The position numbers and the translations under genes are program-made. The notes below the pieces were generated by a model. The model was not told the DNA's origin and made no database searches. It was given only the letters and a program-made list of their open reading frames with translations. 64,000 nt of DNA from Marsupella aquatica (lineage: Eukaryota > Plantae > Marchantiophyta), in assembly GCA_973895155.1 (NCBI GenBank), contig OZ316899.1:3493455-3557454 (forward strand). The letters run 5' to 3'. Positions 24,572 to 38,194 of this stretch are shown here, piece after piece; the first letter of the stretch is position 1; each line of letters begins with the position of its first letter.

Positions 24572-26377
24572 ATGACTAAACCTACGCCAAGGGAGGAAAG
24601 AGCGATTCAACGGGAGAGAGCTTGTCTGCAGCAGCTCGCCGAGTGGCATGATACACAACGACTGAGAGGGGCAGAAAGAGCTGGTAGCTCCGAAGCTGGA
24701 AGTGGCGTCGAAGAAGACATACCAGAAGAAGAGTCGATAGGAAGAAACGAGTACCCAACCGACATGGGGGAACCAGAGGCACGGCCAGACGAGAGGCCAG
24801 GGACTAGACTGAGCCAACGGTCGCGCATTCATTACAAGGCATTTCATGGGAGAGGAGATGAGGATCCGGACGAATGGTTGAATGATTTCGAGGGAACCGC
24901 TGCAGCAAATGGAGAATCGGCCATCAAGATGCAGATTCTTCCCGGCCTGTTCAAGGGTGAGGCTAGGCCTTGGTACAGAGCATTGGATGTGGAAGATCAA
25001 GCCATCTGGGATACCTTCAAAACACTATTTGTTAAGGAGTTTCGACCCATTGGAACTTCAGAACTAGCAGTGCTGAAGTTGGGACGACTTCGGTTCAAGG
25101 AGAACAAATCCTTCAGGAAGTTCTTGCAACGCTTTCAGAAACTGGTAAGACGTACAAAGACCAATGCATCTGAAGGTATGCAACTTCAATGGTTGGTGAA
25201 TGCTTTGCCACAGAAGATGAGTTTTGCAATTAGGAAGGAGAACCCAAAGACTTTAGCCGAGGCAATTAAAGATATTCAATTATACATTAATGCAGATATC
25301 ACAAGCCGGAAGAAACAACTTAAGTCTGAGAGTTCCTCATCGGAGGAAGGATCACCCCATAAGAAAAAGGATAATAAAAAGAAACACTCTAAGAAGTCAA
25401 GAAGTGATAACTCAAGCTCGGATAGTGGAAGTAGCAAGAGTGAGTCATCCTCTAGTTCTGAAGAAGAAAAAACTAGGAAAAGGAGGGAGGATAGCTCTGT
25501 ATGGTGTGCCTTATGTTATAAAACCGGACACCATAAAGATGCATGTCCTAAGCTCAATACTAGTCATGTTCGGCATGTGGCTGAAGTCAGACCATGTCAG
25601 GGAGAAGTAGAGTACTTTCTAGGAGATGCCGCTGATAGTGTTTTCGGCATCAGTGAGACTGGAGCACGAGACCTATCCAACCGACCTGCATCTCTCTGGT
25701 CAGGATTAAGGAACAATCCAGGAGAGATGTATCCTCGGATTATTCAGAATCCGTCAGTACCTCCTAGGCTGAATGTGCAAAGATTTGCGGCATGCTATAA
25801 TTGTGGTCAACCTGGCCATTTTGCTAGAGAATGCCCGAATGCACGCAAACAAGGTGATGGATAGCCAGCTCAGCTATGTATGGGATGCCGACAGGAGGGT
25901 CACATGCTAGGACAATGTCCTACTTGGTTGGCGGGATTGGCCGCAAATCATAAGCTCTTGCCGGTCAAGGTCTTGCCGCCAGGTACTACCCCAGGAGGAG
26001 TTCAAATCAACCATATCAAACTCGGATGGCAAGTGGATGCCGAGGCAGAATTTGGACCATCTGATGATGAGACCGAGGCCCTATCAACATTTTCAGAAGA
26101 GGATATGGATCGTGATTGCTACCGGGTCTCTACTCGATCAACCAGAAGGAAGGAAAGGTGGGATGGGCTGGCCAAAAATAAAGGGAAGGTTCAGGAAGAA
26201 AGATCGACTCTTCGTCAACATCAACGGAAGGAGAAGCAAGGGCACCGTCAACACAGGCAAGCCATGAGCCCACCAGTGAGCCCAATCCTTCACAGGACAG
26301 CGACTTCAATCGAGACCACCCTAAGTTGTTCTACCCATCTATCACGGCTAGTGTTAAGGAACAACTGCGAGAATTAG
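24572..26377 (+). pseudogene. gag of element B with three CCHC zinc knuckles
   Basis: EDPDEWLNDFE..A..N, L.GEARPWY, WLVNALP; knuckles at ~25505, ~25793 and ~25877. In-frame TAG at 25862. Confidence 0.85.
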
Positions 26378-26401
26378 AATACTGAAGCCATAGCCAAGGA
26401 T

Positions 26402-28415
26402 ATGAAACGAGCAAAAGCATTGTTTGCTTCGGAAGATCCAACGGCTGTGGGGACTAGCGTGACACCACTGGAGAAGCCGATAGTTCCCTATGACCTGGCT
26501 AAAGATGTACTAGAATCTAGAGTCTCGGCAACAGTAGGTCAACTATTGAAAAATAGCCCGTACTTCCGGAAGCAGTTAAGAAAAGCGATCCTCGGCAAGC
26601 CAAGATTACCCAAGGTAGCGACCAGATCCGACGTACTAATGATAGAAGAAGATCAAGGAGCCCCAGCATTACCATTAGTGATTCAAGGAGAAATATTACT
26701 ACGGGTACCCATCGATGGAGGATCAGGGGTATGTATTATGATTGATTCAACAACAAAGGGGTGGGGTCTAACACCGGAAATGACTGGAAGAGTGTTGAAC
26801 ATGGCCAATGGGTATCAGGTCATTCCCACGGGAGTGTTACCCGGCATCAAGACAAAGATAGGAGGTATCTTCTTTAGCATTAACTATGTAGTAATGAAGC
26901 CGGTAAATCCTACGTCATTCCGGCTATTGATTGGTAGGCCGTGGCTATACCTAGCCAAGGTAATAAAGGATTGGGGTAAGAAGGAGTTCACTTTTGGGAC
27001 CCCCTCTATCACGGTATCCTGGGATACCAAGGATGACCACAGAAGAAACATCAGGGAGGTAGACGGGTACGACAGTGGACTGGAATCAGCCGATGAGGTA
27101 CGATGGTTAGAATGCCTCGCTGACCAAACCGAAGAAAGTGTCTTTGGACCAGAGGTATCCCCCAGCGGACTATGGCAAGAACCTATGGAGAATGACTTGG
27201 AGGATTGTGAAGACGAAGCCGAGGACTGCTTTGCCATAGAGTCCACCTTTTTAGCTGCAATTCCGGAGGAAGCACAAGAAGTAAGCCAATTGGATGAAAC
27301 AGCTAAGGGGGGAGCTATACCCGTGATGGTGGATTTTCCTCAGGCGTTGTGGCAAAGCCGGCAGGATCCACAACGCCGTCTATCATCGGCAAGCAATTAA
27401 ATACCAAGGGATCGGCATATAAGCCGATTACGAGGGCAGAACAAATTGAGGCCCTATTAGAAGCCAGGAGAGCACAGCGGCCTGACCCTCAGGAGGAAGA
27501 GGTGGAAGAGATGCACAGACACAATCCAGAGCCGAGGCAGGAAGGGAAGCCGACTACCAATTCAAAACCGAATAGACCGGCAAGGAGACAATCTGTGGGC
27601 ACCAAGGGAGAAACCAACTCGGCTAGTACAACCGAGATTCCAGTTTATGGAGGTATGAGACTGGAGAGGCTGGAAGCCAAGCTGGACCCGAATTTGAAGA
27701 AGCAGATTAATATGATCCAAGCACGGCAATATCGGAAGCTCGACTTAGGAGAAGGAAGGGAACTGAACTTAGGGAGAGACCTAGCACCTAAGCTTGAGAA
27801 AGAGATCAGTGACTTATTGATTGAATTTCAGGATGTGTTTGCATGGAGTCACCAAGATCTAAAGGGAGTAGATCCAACATTAGGGGAACATCGAATTGAT
27901 CTCATGTTAGGAGCCAAATCATTCAGACAACCAATTTGAAGGATGAATCCTAAGTATTCCCTGATGGTCAAAACAGAAATTGACAAATTAGTGGACGCCG
28001 GATTCATCACTCCAGTCCTGCATTCAGACTGGGTGTCTCCAATTGTGATAGTACCTAAGAAAGCTGGACCCGATGGTCAACCCAAGATCCGTGTTTGTCA
28101 GGATTACAGAAAGTTGAATGAGGCTACGTTGAAAGATCATTTTCCTTTACCCTTTACTGATATGGTGTTAGACATGGTAGCCAGTCATGAACTATATTCA
28201 TTCATGGATGGGTACTCTGGTTATAACCAAATCAGGATTAGGCAGGAGGACCAAATCAAGACGGCCTTCATCACGGAATGGGGGATCTATGTCTTCAATC
28301 GTATGCCATTTGGACTCTGTAACGCACCAGCTATGTTTCAACGATTGATGGTGAACATTTTCCATGATTACTTGAGAAAGTTCATGGAAATCTTCATTGA
28401 TGACTTTGCAGTATT
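26402..28415 (+). pseudogene. pol of B, 5' part (protease and RT N-terminus)
   Basis: VPIDGGSGVCIM and LLIGRPWL (protease); WVSPIVIVPKK, RVCQDYRKLN, MDGYSGYNQI, MPFGLCNAPAMFQR and FIDDFAV (RT). Cut by the MULE right after the YxDD motif. Confidence 0.92.
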
Positions 28416-29128
28416 GGGTATGATAGCCATGACAGAAAACAGAAAACAGAAAACCTGTTACCAGGGGTTTATTTTCTGTTAACAGGGAAATTGTACCTGT
28501 TACCAGTAAGCTTGTCCCTGTTACCAGTTTTGCCTGAACTATAACGTGCATATCCACCACTCTAAGGTGCATATCCACCACTCTAATGGCATAATTTTTG
28601 GGGGGGCAATAAAGTTTAAAACAAACAATTATTTTGTGCCATCCGATGGATGAAGTGTACTATCAATCCTCCATTGACACAACAATTTATTGTAGAAGAT
28701 AAAAAACATGGTATTAGGAGTGTGCCTAAAGAAACATTCATGCAAATCAATCTATTTTCATCGCCAAATAGTGACCCTTAGAGTGGGACCCACCATAGCA
28801 CATGTCAATCGTGGAGTCCAAATGAACCCAATCTAAAGGAGTTGATTAAATGGACCTTGTAACGTCACAAACAAATGACAAATCACATCCTCGAGGCTTT
28901 GAAGACAGTAGACAATTTAATCAACTTACACATTTTAAATAAAACAAGAGGTCATTCTTCCACAATGCACGTACATAATGAAGCAATGAATATCCGGTTT
29001 CCTAGAACCAGCGCCCGGCGCTAACCAACAAAGTCTCAATAAAACAACTAAAATATCCGTTGGAAAAAGACAAAATAGGGAATAACCGTTATATTGAACG
29101 ACGACCTATTGGGCAGTTTCGATCTCTC

Positions 29129-32100
29129 TCATAAGCCATTCAAGTTCTGCCTCTCCAGCACAAGCCTGACTTTGCCTAAAGTCAAAATAGGTTGGCTACA
29201 AAGAGTCGACTCCTCAATCTCAAGTTTGAAAACATTTATGTACACCCAGTATAGATGTTTGCAAGGCATGTACGACTTGCCACGCGAATGTCGGAGGAAG
29301 AAGTCTTCACAAGAGCAAGCGGGGAAGATACAGATTTGGACGAAGTATGTGCTTGGTGATCGATGGTTCTCATGGGTTCGAATTCGAAATTGCTTTCCAA
29401 AAGCATTTCCGGTCTGAACATTCCATTCCCCATCCAAACTCATCACTTCTTGTCGTGCAGACTCCATTCGCTTCGTGTGACCCACAGTGAGATTAGACCG
29501 AGGCCTTGAGTTCCTCCCATTCCGACTACCAAGTCGGAGATTCGGCTCCAAAAACCTTATTGTTTCTGGGAACACGTTAACATTTATCCTGAGGTCAAAA
29601 GCAGATGGCACAGATCGACTCAATCCTGTTGTTCGCGCTAAGACAAGTCCTTGCTCTTCCAGGAATGTAATTTCAGAAGGAGACAGGCTCGTACCCTTCA
29701 GAACAGGCAAAATGTCAGGAAAAGGAGGAAGCTTCTGAACACCACGACGCGGATGACTCTTGTAACACGCTTGGTTCGGGCAAAACCAAATCATTTCGGA
29801 GATGGGTTCGCCCCTGAAGAGACGATGGCCCTTCACGACAATTCCGACAACACCTTCAGACGAATGGAAGCCAACCTTCTTGATACGATTTCGACACTCA
29901 TCGCGATCCGAACTCCCATTCAGTGTACCATTGCATTGCGGACCTGCTCCATACTTCGATGTCCGTCGCAACTGCCACTGCCCCGCAGGGACATCCTTCT
30001 CTAGCACAATCGTGCGTGGAAGTTGATTCTGAAGTGCTGTTGGGGCACTGATCGGAGGTTTTGAGGATCTTGTTGTTCGGGTTGTTTGAGGAGTATAGTC
30101 CAGTGAATTAGTATCACTCTCTGATGTGACCATACCTGAGAGATTCACCGCCTTTGTGACAGGATGATCAGAACTTGAGGGAATAGAAGAAAAATCAGTT
30201 CTGTTCAGGTTCTTCCTTTTCAAACCACGAGTATTTGGTGTGGTTATTAGAACGGTGTCATGCCGATGGGAATCTTGTGGAGAGACAGTCCCAGTTGCAT
30301 GTCCCTTCCTCTTCATTGACTTCGTCATTATATCTCCATTCAGGGGAGTACTTCTTTCCAAATTGAATTCTGCTGCGTTAGATAGAAGCATATTAGTCGC
30401 TTCTTCAAACAATCTTGGTGAACCTGCTTGATCGGCGGAATGGAACGCCAATTCCCATATAGTTGGCCCCTTCCCCCGGTTCAAGCCTTTACGGTATGCA
30501 CTGTATCCGGCAACTTGAGACAGAGCACGGTTTTGGTCAACTTCGCAAGCTTCATAAAGACCGACCTTTTTCTTTGTAGCTGAGGCTTTCATGGATGCAT
30601 GCCTTGATTCTGACCCTGTACAGTTGGGGATCAAGGCACCTTCCTCAGCGCTTTTGCTCTGCCATACGAAAATGTCAACCGTAAGTAGTATTCTATTACC
30701 AGCGCCCGGCGCTGGCAACATAAATATGTAGAACAGGCCTGAAATACAATTTCAATGTTTAATACTGAATTCTAACTACATATTGGCTTCAATTTCTTGT
30801 ACTACTTGTTTTGACGTGTATGGAGAAAATAACCAGCGCCTAGCGCTAATATGAAGTTGATGAACATTATAGTCTAGATAGATGGATGCCTTACCACTCG
30901 AATAAAATTGCCCCACTGGCGCCAGCGAACAACCCACCAAGACATCCAGCTTTGCAGCATCTTCAGCTTTCCGGGGACACAGTTTCCTGATTGCCACCAC
31001 ACAACAATCTCTCGGGACACCCGGTATGCTGCCACAAATGATGGAGCATTTCTCAGTTTCTCCCAAAGTCTTCGATGCTCCGATTGACATTCTTCCAGTA
31101 CTCCTTCCTTGGAATGACGATGAAAAGATTGATAAAAGTGAAATGCATCAGAGCGCTCCCTCTCCGGGTCCGGGTGTCCACCCAAAAAAACATTTCGCAC
31201 TGCATTCCATCCAGCTTGTGCATTGTCGGCCATAAATCCTTGGATGACAACCTCCTGAAGTTCATTTTCTTTGCAAACCTCAATCATCACTCTCCATGCC
31301 TTTTCAAAAGACTCAGTGTCTTCACCTTTCAACTCGCATGTGAAAATTGTACACAATGCACGGAAATTGTGGTCGTAGACGTGTGCGCTGAAAGTAAACC
31401 AATCCGTGGTGACACGCTGCATCACATCAAAACTTACCCAGGCTCCTTCGAGTCTTCCACCCGGTTGCATCTGCCTCAAAAGATCCACACCGGAACCGTG
31501 ACCTTTCACGGTCATTTTAAAGATGTGAGGCCTATCGTTCTGACATCCCTGACCTGGAAGCAAATACCTCTGGAGAAACGACACATGAATCCTCCTCTGC
31601 ATTTGCGAGAGAAAATCTAATTCACCCGACCTTTTTGGTCTATCCTAACGCTCCGACAAAGAGATGCAAACTTCTGCGGAGTGGAAAGGACCATCAAAGA
31701 CTTCCATATTTCAGTTTCTTCGATATCGACCATGTCGTCAACATGTTCGCAGAGAGATTTCACTAAGGACCCTGTAGCAGAATTCAAGATCCCTGCCGGT
31801 TTTGACAGAGGATTGGCTTCATGTTTTTTTTAATTAGATCCTCAGCTATCTTCTCCGCACTCCTACAAAAGGTTTTTCTACCTGGATGGTTGTGCTCACC
31901 TATATGAATTGCCAGGCGGGACATATGACTACATGTTTCCGCATCAAGTAATACTTGGGGGTACATGTAAAACAAACGGGCAGGGCAGTACTTCACACAA
32001 AAAGGAATCTGTTCGCAGTAATGACAAACAACACCTCCCTCTTCGATGAAAGATCCCACAGCATACTGACCACTGAGCTTTGGAGTACCCTGCCATGCCT

Positions 32101-32931
32101 TAGCATTTGCCTTCTTCTTCCTTTGGAAATAGTCGTAGGACTTGTTCCTGCATTCAATGAATCCCGTACAGGTAACCTTCCCAAACTGCCAAAGGTTTTT
32201 AGGATGAACAGTTGCAGTTGTTGGAAATATGCGTGTCCAAATGTAACAATCTTTGGCACGATCCATGTCCATAAGCCTAGAGCCTTTAGAGAGCATCTTA
32301 TCAATGGGCGGCAACTCAAACACGACGTTACCATTGTACTTAGTTGGCAGACAGGACACTTGTTCATGCCTGAAATCACCCGCTGATATGAACCGTGACA
32401 ACTCACTATGACCAGTTGATTTGAGTAACGTATCCATCGCACTGTGCCGGTACACGACCTCCAACTGCTTAGAGCTTCCCGGAGTCTCAACTTTCACGAT
32501 AGCAGGGAGCGGGCTTTTCTTCTTCGACGGTGGACTTAGAGTACAATCTCCATCCTCACTTGAAGAAATCTCAACCACATCACATGGAACCGGCGGGAAA
32601 CTGGACAGTCCTGCATGCTGTCTTAAATGAACCGAGTACGAGATCCCTGCGTAGAGATGCCAAAACCGTTACCGTCATCGACATTGAACGTTGCAGCATC
32701 CTCGATATCATCAATGGATTCGAGCTCTCGAACAATGGCCTCAATGTCATTCACCTTCAAATCAAATCTCCCGCAGAGATACCTCTCCCGGACCTGCTTG
32801 TACGTATCTTCCATGGGGACGGGGATAGTCACAATATCTTCAGAACCAAATCGAGAAAGAACGATAGACCGAGACATGGTGAACAAAAACAAAAACCGAG
32901 GGCTATAGCGTTTGAAAGAAGAAAAGTTCAT
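29129..32931 (-). CDS. MULE transposase (GCM/WRKY-like Zn domain, DDE core, SWIM finger), multi-exon, two apparent frameshifts
   Basis: CTGFIEC..C..C..C.ARL..RLAIHIGEHNHP; FDVMQR, FMADNA..NAVR.VF, FHFYQS, SESRHASMK (candidate D-D-E); CSCEDF..PCKHLYWV. The 5' start is uncertain. Confidence 0.8.
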
Positions 32932-33807
32932 GGTATTGTTCAGCTTATATCTGTCGAACCTGGGAATTTGACGTTAACCGATCCGTTTGTATACGACATA
33001 AAACATTGACGATGGAGGATCCGTTGGCACCATAAATGATTTTTGTCATTTTTTCCCCGAGAAGTCCGGATGTCAGACACGAACATATTGCTAAAAAGAT
33101 CACCAACCTTACTTAAACAGACCATAAGATATGACAAGGTATTGTCAAATTTTAGTAGCGCCTGGCGCTAACTAAAATACGCCACTAAAAATGTGTCTGA
33201 AATCTCGACATTCCAAACTAGCGCCCGGCGCTAGTATAGAATAAATTCCCTGAAAATGAACATTATGACCACATACCAGGTGGTAATTGGGAATAAATGG
33301 TGCCTTCAAAGGATGGTTTTGATGGATTATGGATGATAAATGAACATTTATACTAGCGTCGGGCGCTAGTATTACATTTGAGAAATATTTCTCCGTAAGC
33401 GATGTATTGAAGGATACTTTAATAAAATATGGGGGTGGAAAGGCCGAAATTTATGTCATAGCTCCTTCAAAAAAGACCTCTAAATTTCTTCTAGTTTATA
33501 CTAGCGTCGGGCGCTATTATAAGCATACCCTCTAAATTGTTCACCTTGATGGTCATCATTAATGCTAGCGCCCGGCGCTAGTATTGATATGATGTTAGGA
33601 AATGTCTTTAACGGTAACATTCAACGGTAACTTATGACTTCCGTGTGTGTTACGCATCTTCTACCGTTTGATTTTGGTAATTAAACCTTCCGTATATAGA
33701 CGTTGGAAACCGCCAAACATCAGAGCTAATGGCTTTCCTCTAGGTTATGTCATCCTCCCGCTAGAATATATTACACGTTCAGAGATGATTATAGTTCCAT
33801 AATTTCA

Positions 33808-36800
33808 TTGTACGATAGTTCGTACGCTTCTAGAAGGAAGACGATGGAGGTATTCCCCTCTTCTTCCAGAGGGTATAGTGCGGTTCCTGACCAGGAGCGA
33901 GCTTATTCTGAATCTTCGCAGTCTTCATTTACTGGTTCAGTCTATACACGTCGTGTAACTCGTTCCTCAAAGTTGTTGCCGCTCACTTCTGTCAGCGGTG
34001 TTTTGGGTCCAAATCCTTTGCGAAGAAAGATGGACAACATAGACACAATTGCGATCCAGGATGTTGCGGATTGCGCGCTTGCTGAGACTGATCTCATTTC
34101 GAAACATGTCATGTCTTTTGGAAAGGATTCTCGTGGATTTGACAAGGAGCCGCCTCGAATCCCTCTGTGTCGATTGGTTCACATGGAGGTGGTTTGTACT
34201 CTGTAGAAAGACAGCTCTTCCATCGAGAAGCTGAAAGACTCTTTTCGTAGTATGGGTTACAACTCTTCGATAGGGATGCGTTTCTATGTGCAGCCAACGG
34301 ATGAGAATGGAATTGTTCTGACCTGTACCCAGGACATTCGTGATTCATGGGATCCAATATGGCAATTGGAGAACGAGAAGTTTGAGGCTGAATGCGAGGC
34401 TGACCCGGATTTTCTCGTCTTGAAGGATAAGATGTTCTCTGTATTCGATGGAAATCACAGGCTGTACTCCTGGACGCTTGTAACAGAGGAGAACCCGGAC
34501 AATCCAAAATATCATCCTTGTGTGCTCTGTACAATATTTAAAGGAGACAAGGGATCTCTCATTGAAATTGAGGCAGCTATGCACACCGTGAATCAGTAAG
34601 TTCTCATGATTTCCAGTTCTTTCGTTAAATCTTGTGAGTGCTGTATTTACTAGCGCTCGGCGCTGCTTATACATGAATTGTTTTTCATTGACTCTTACTC
34701 TCAACGTTTGTTCGTGTAGGCTTGGCCAAGCAGTTGTAGAGCCTTCCTGGATCCTGGATGCGGACATAATCAAACGAATTCTGGCGCATGACCTTGAGTA
34801 TTACAGTAAACTGATTGACCCGAGTAATTTCAAGAAGTTTGAAAGCATTCGGCTGAAAACTCGGAAGGGGTCATGGTATACGAAGAAGATGCCACAAGAA
34901 GCACTTGTTTACATTCTTTGTGAGAATAAGATAAAGTCGTACTCGCATCAATTCAAACTCGACATGGAGGCAGCGGAGGCTCAAGGGAGTCCATGGTCGG
35001 CGGACGAGATTTCAAAGCGGCATGCGGCCATGATGAAAGACGCAACCAAAGATTGGGCAGTGAAGTCTTCAAAAATTACGCCCTTATTAAGTCCTGAATT
35101 TGAAGATTTCCTCAGTACATGTGCAGAAATGTATGCTGTCACAGAGAGAAACAAGAGAGAGAAGAAGCCTGACACCGTTGTATGTACGATGGACCGCGCA
35201 CGATTGTTCACCGCTGTTTCTGCTATAGACCCAAAGTTACGAAGCACTTTACTTGTGGCACATTGCAATCCTGAGCTGCGGAGACAGTTTTTTCACCCAG
35301 CAAGTGTTAACGATGATCCAGTCAAATAGTGGTGCCACACTTGGATCACTTGGAATAGTGTGGAGGGAATTGCTGCTGGCATGTTACATTCATGTCTACG
35401 TGAAGTTGAGCAAACCATGCCCGCGAATAGATTGGAAGAGTGGAATTGTAGTTCGTTTGATGATCTAGTTCAGTTTGTTACAAATGAATTCAAGAGATTT
35501 GGTGATTCCGTGAAGAATAAGTTCTTTCACACTATGTGGCCTTCAAAGTACCCTGACAAAGAAGATTACACCCAGAGAAACCAGAAGCGAGCGAAGAGGT
35601 TTGTGTATAGGTTCTACATGCACATGGAGGTAACCAAACCTGATTACTTCTGGGCATATCCTGCAGCTTTTATGAAGTGGATTTCAATAAGTGAAGATGA
35701 TGCCTTGGCTGATTTGTACTCTATGTACTCCACGGAGGGCATATTTCCTCCGAGACCAATGACAGAATGGGAGAGAACTCACTGCCCCTAGTATCTAGAT
35801 ACAGATAGATGGGATTCTCCTTTTGATCAAAGGGAAAAAGATGCCTTCCATAAGCTTTCAAAGTCTCAGATGCCAGCAAAACTTGTGTCCGACATGAAGC
35901 AGGGTCTACTTGACGATGTAGACAAGTCTGCCACAAACTTGCAAACTATCTGTGAAACAACTGTTGTGCATATGGACCGAAGTCGCAAACCTCGCGCGAA
36001 AGCCAAAGCGGAGCTAGCAGCACCGAGCGAGTCTACTAAATCTGGAAAGAAGAGTAAGTATTGCTATCCATGATTTTGGCGTTGGCAAAAAATATTCTGT
36101 TGAGGGTATTCTCTTTCTTGGTTATTAGGCTTCGGTTGCGACTTAAGTGAATTGCATTTGGTTAGCGCCAGGCGCTAGCTTCTTTCAATACTTTAAAAGT
36201 ACTTATTCTAACTACGACCTGGTTATATTTTAGGAGGGAGGAAGTCTAATACGGTGGGAACGGGAGATACGAAAAAGGATGCTACACCTGAAGTTTCTGA
36301 GGCAAACACGGGAGCTCGATCGGACCCCATTACTCCAGTCGACAAAGGGAAGGTTATAGTTCCTATCGACGCCACGAGTACCAGGAAGAAACGAAAGAGA
36401 GCTGTCGAAGGTGGACAATCTTTAAGGGAGAGTGTTATAGCTTCTGGTTTCCAACGTGAAGTTGGAAACTTCAAAACAACTGTGTCTCGCCATTGCATGG
36501 TTGAGACAAGCCTTTCTGAATTTTTTGACTCGACGTTCAACAAGGAGGAGAAGCCCGAGTGGGTTAGTGATGTGGAGAAATGGGGAAAAGACCTCGTTAA
36601 GTTGGGATTTAAAGAGAAGGGAGTTGTTCGGTGGGGAAAAGTAAGACCGTTTGGAGTGGATGCCGGCTTCATTTACCTACCGACCGGGTTCAAACCATCT
36701 ATCATTGATAAGAAGGTTCCTAAATGGAACATTCCAGATCACTCAATGGCTAGATCTTTTTTCAAATCCATGGATCCATTTTTATCAGATGATGGGTTCC

Positions 36801-37510
36801 TTGTAATTCTACACAATGGGGAGTACGATCCCATGTCGCAAGTCATTGCTGCCTGTCAGGAGTCAAGGAAATTTCAGTGTATATGCTCGCATAATGTTGT
36901 GATGTCTGACCCGATGTATGCGGCAAAGACAGACCAAGAGATGTTTACCCTCAGGCTCAACATATTTGGCCGAATTAATGGGAAATGTAAAATTCCCAAA
37001 GACCCCAAATTTCGGCCGCTGTCCATCAGTGAGGACCCTTCGGTTACCAATTTGATCGGACTCTCTTTGCTCAAATCAGATCCATTCCCGCAAATGGAGT
37101 TTGTTGGAAATGCTCGTCTGTCTGTGGGTTTTATGCAATCTGTTATAGAGCTTGTCACACGGCCTCGTGATATTTTTATGGATTGGACTGCTGGGGCTGG
37201 AAGCTCTTACATTGCTAGCGACTTCTCTGGACGATTTGTACTCGAGATAGAACACCGGAAAGAATTTATTGAAACCGCTTCAAAGGTTTTCATGGATTTG
37301 TTGTCTCCCAAAGAGATTGCAGTGTTACCTCCACTTGTTCCTACTGCCGACAGAAAAAAGAGAGATAAGCTTCGGTCGGTTCTCAATTTTGATTCTGATG
37401 ATGAATCGAGTGAAGGTGGAGAGGAACAAGGTACAAGAAACTCCGAGGAGGAAAAGGGAGAGCGTCGTGCAGCTGCAGATGAAACCGATAGTGATGACTC
37501 TTCCGAGTAA
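33808..37510 (+). pseudogene. Multi-exon MULE cargo gene: ParB/Srx-like domain, unknown helical region, N4/N6-DNA-MTase-like domain
   Basis: IPLCRL..VV(C)TL..IEKLKDSFRSMGY...FSVFDGNHRLYSW. GT-AG introns at ~34597-34718 and ~36055-36231. C-terminal FMQSVIELVTRPRDIFMDWTAGAGSSYIAS..SGRFVLEIE. A few in-frame stops. That all exons form one gene is inferred. Confidence 0.65.
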
Positions 37511-37573
37511 TGTTCATAAACTCGTAAGCTTCTTTCTCCATTCCCGTCAATTCATAACATTTCTTTTGTTGTT

Positions 37574-37924
37574 TTGGGGAAAGGCGCCTTACAAAATGGA
37601 CTTTGTTATATCAGGTCAGAGTGGAATGCAAGGAGACGATTCAAACTACGAAGGAAGATCGCGAGACACAACGTAGAAACACCGGAAAAACCGTTTGTTC
37701 TTCCCTCCTATGCAAAGAAAGCCGCAAGGAAAGCAGAAAGTGCAAGGACACTTTGTTGGGAAAACAAAGGTCTTCGGTTACGAAGGGGTGTTGACCGAAA
37801 GTTCATTAAACATCCTTATGTTGATGACTTCTCCCGCAGCCAGTACGTAGATGATGAGGCTGTGTCCACGGACAGATCCCAGAGTACAGATTCTGGTTCC
37901 GACTCAGAATCTCCGGAACCGTGA
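37574..37924 (+). CDS. Hypothetical MULE ORF or exon (basic then acidic)
   Basis: 116-aa ORF on the same strand as the cargo gene; no recognised motif. Confidence 0.3.
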   Translation: MGKGALQNGLCYIRSEWNARRRFKLRRKIARHNVETPEKPFVLPSYAKKAARKAESARTLCWENKGLRLRRGVDRKFIKHPYVDDFSRSQYVDDEAVSTDRSQSTDSGSDSESPEP

Positions 37925-38194
37925 GAAGTAGTGGGTAGTTGAGGCTAAATCTTTTAGCAGCGCCCGGTGCTTGTAACATCTGTATTATTTCCCTCTGCTG
38001 AGGGTCCTTTTAAATTGTTGATTTCTCTCTACTTGTTGATTACTTTTGACTTCTGTTCTTTACAAGCGCCTGACGCTCGCCAAATGGAATCTCTAAATGG
38101 CCGTTTAGTCTTTGTCATTTCCTGTCAACGATCATCGTCATTGGATACCAACTGCCATTTGGATTGTGTTCTTTAGTCAGTCGTCAGAAAGCCG

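Noticed and set aside
25862-25864. Programmed gag read-through stop
   Set aside because: It lies between zinc knuckles, lacks a CARYYA-type context, and is most simply a CAG>TAG mutation.
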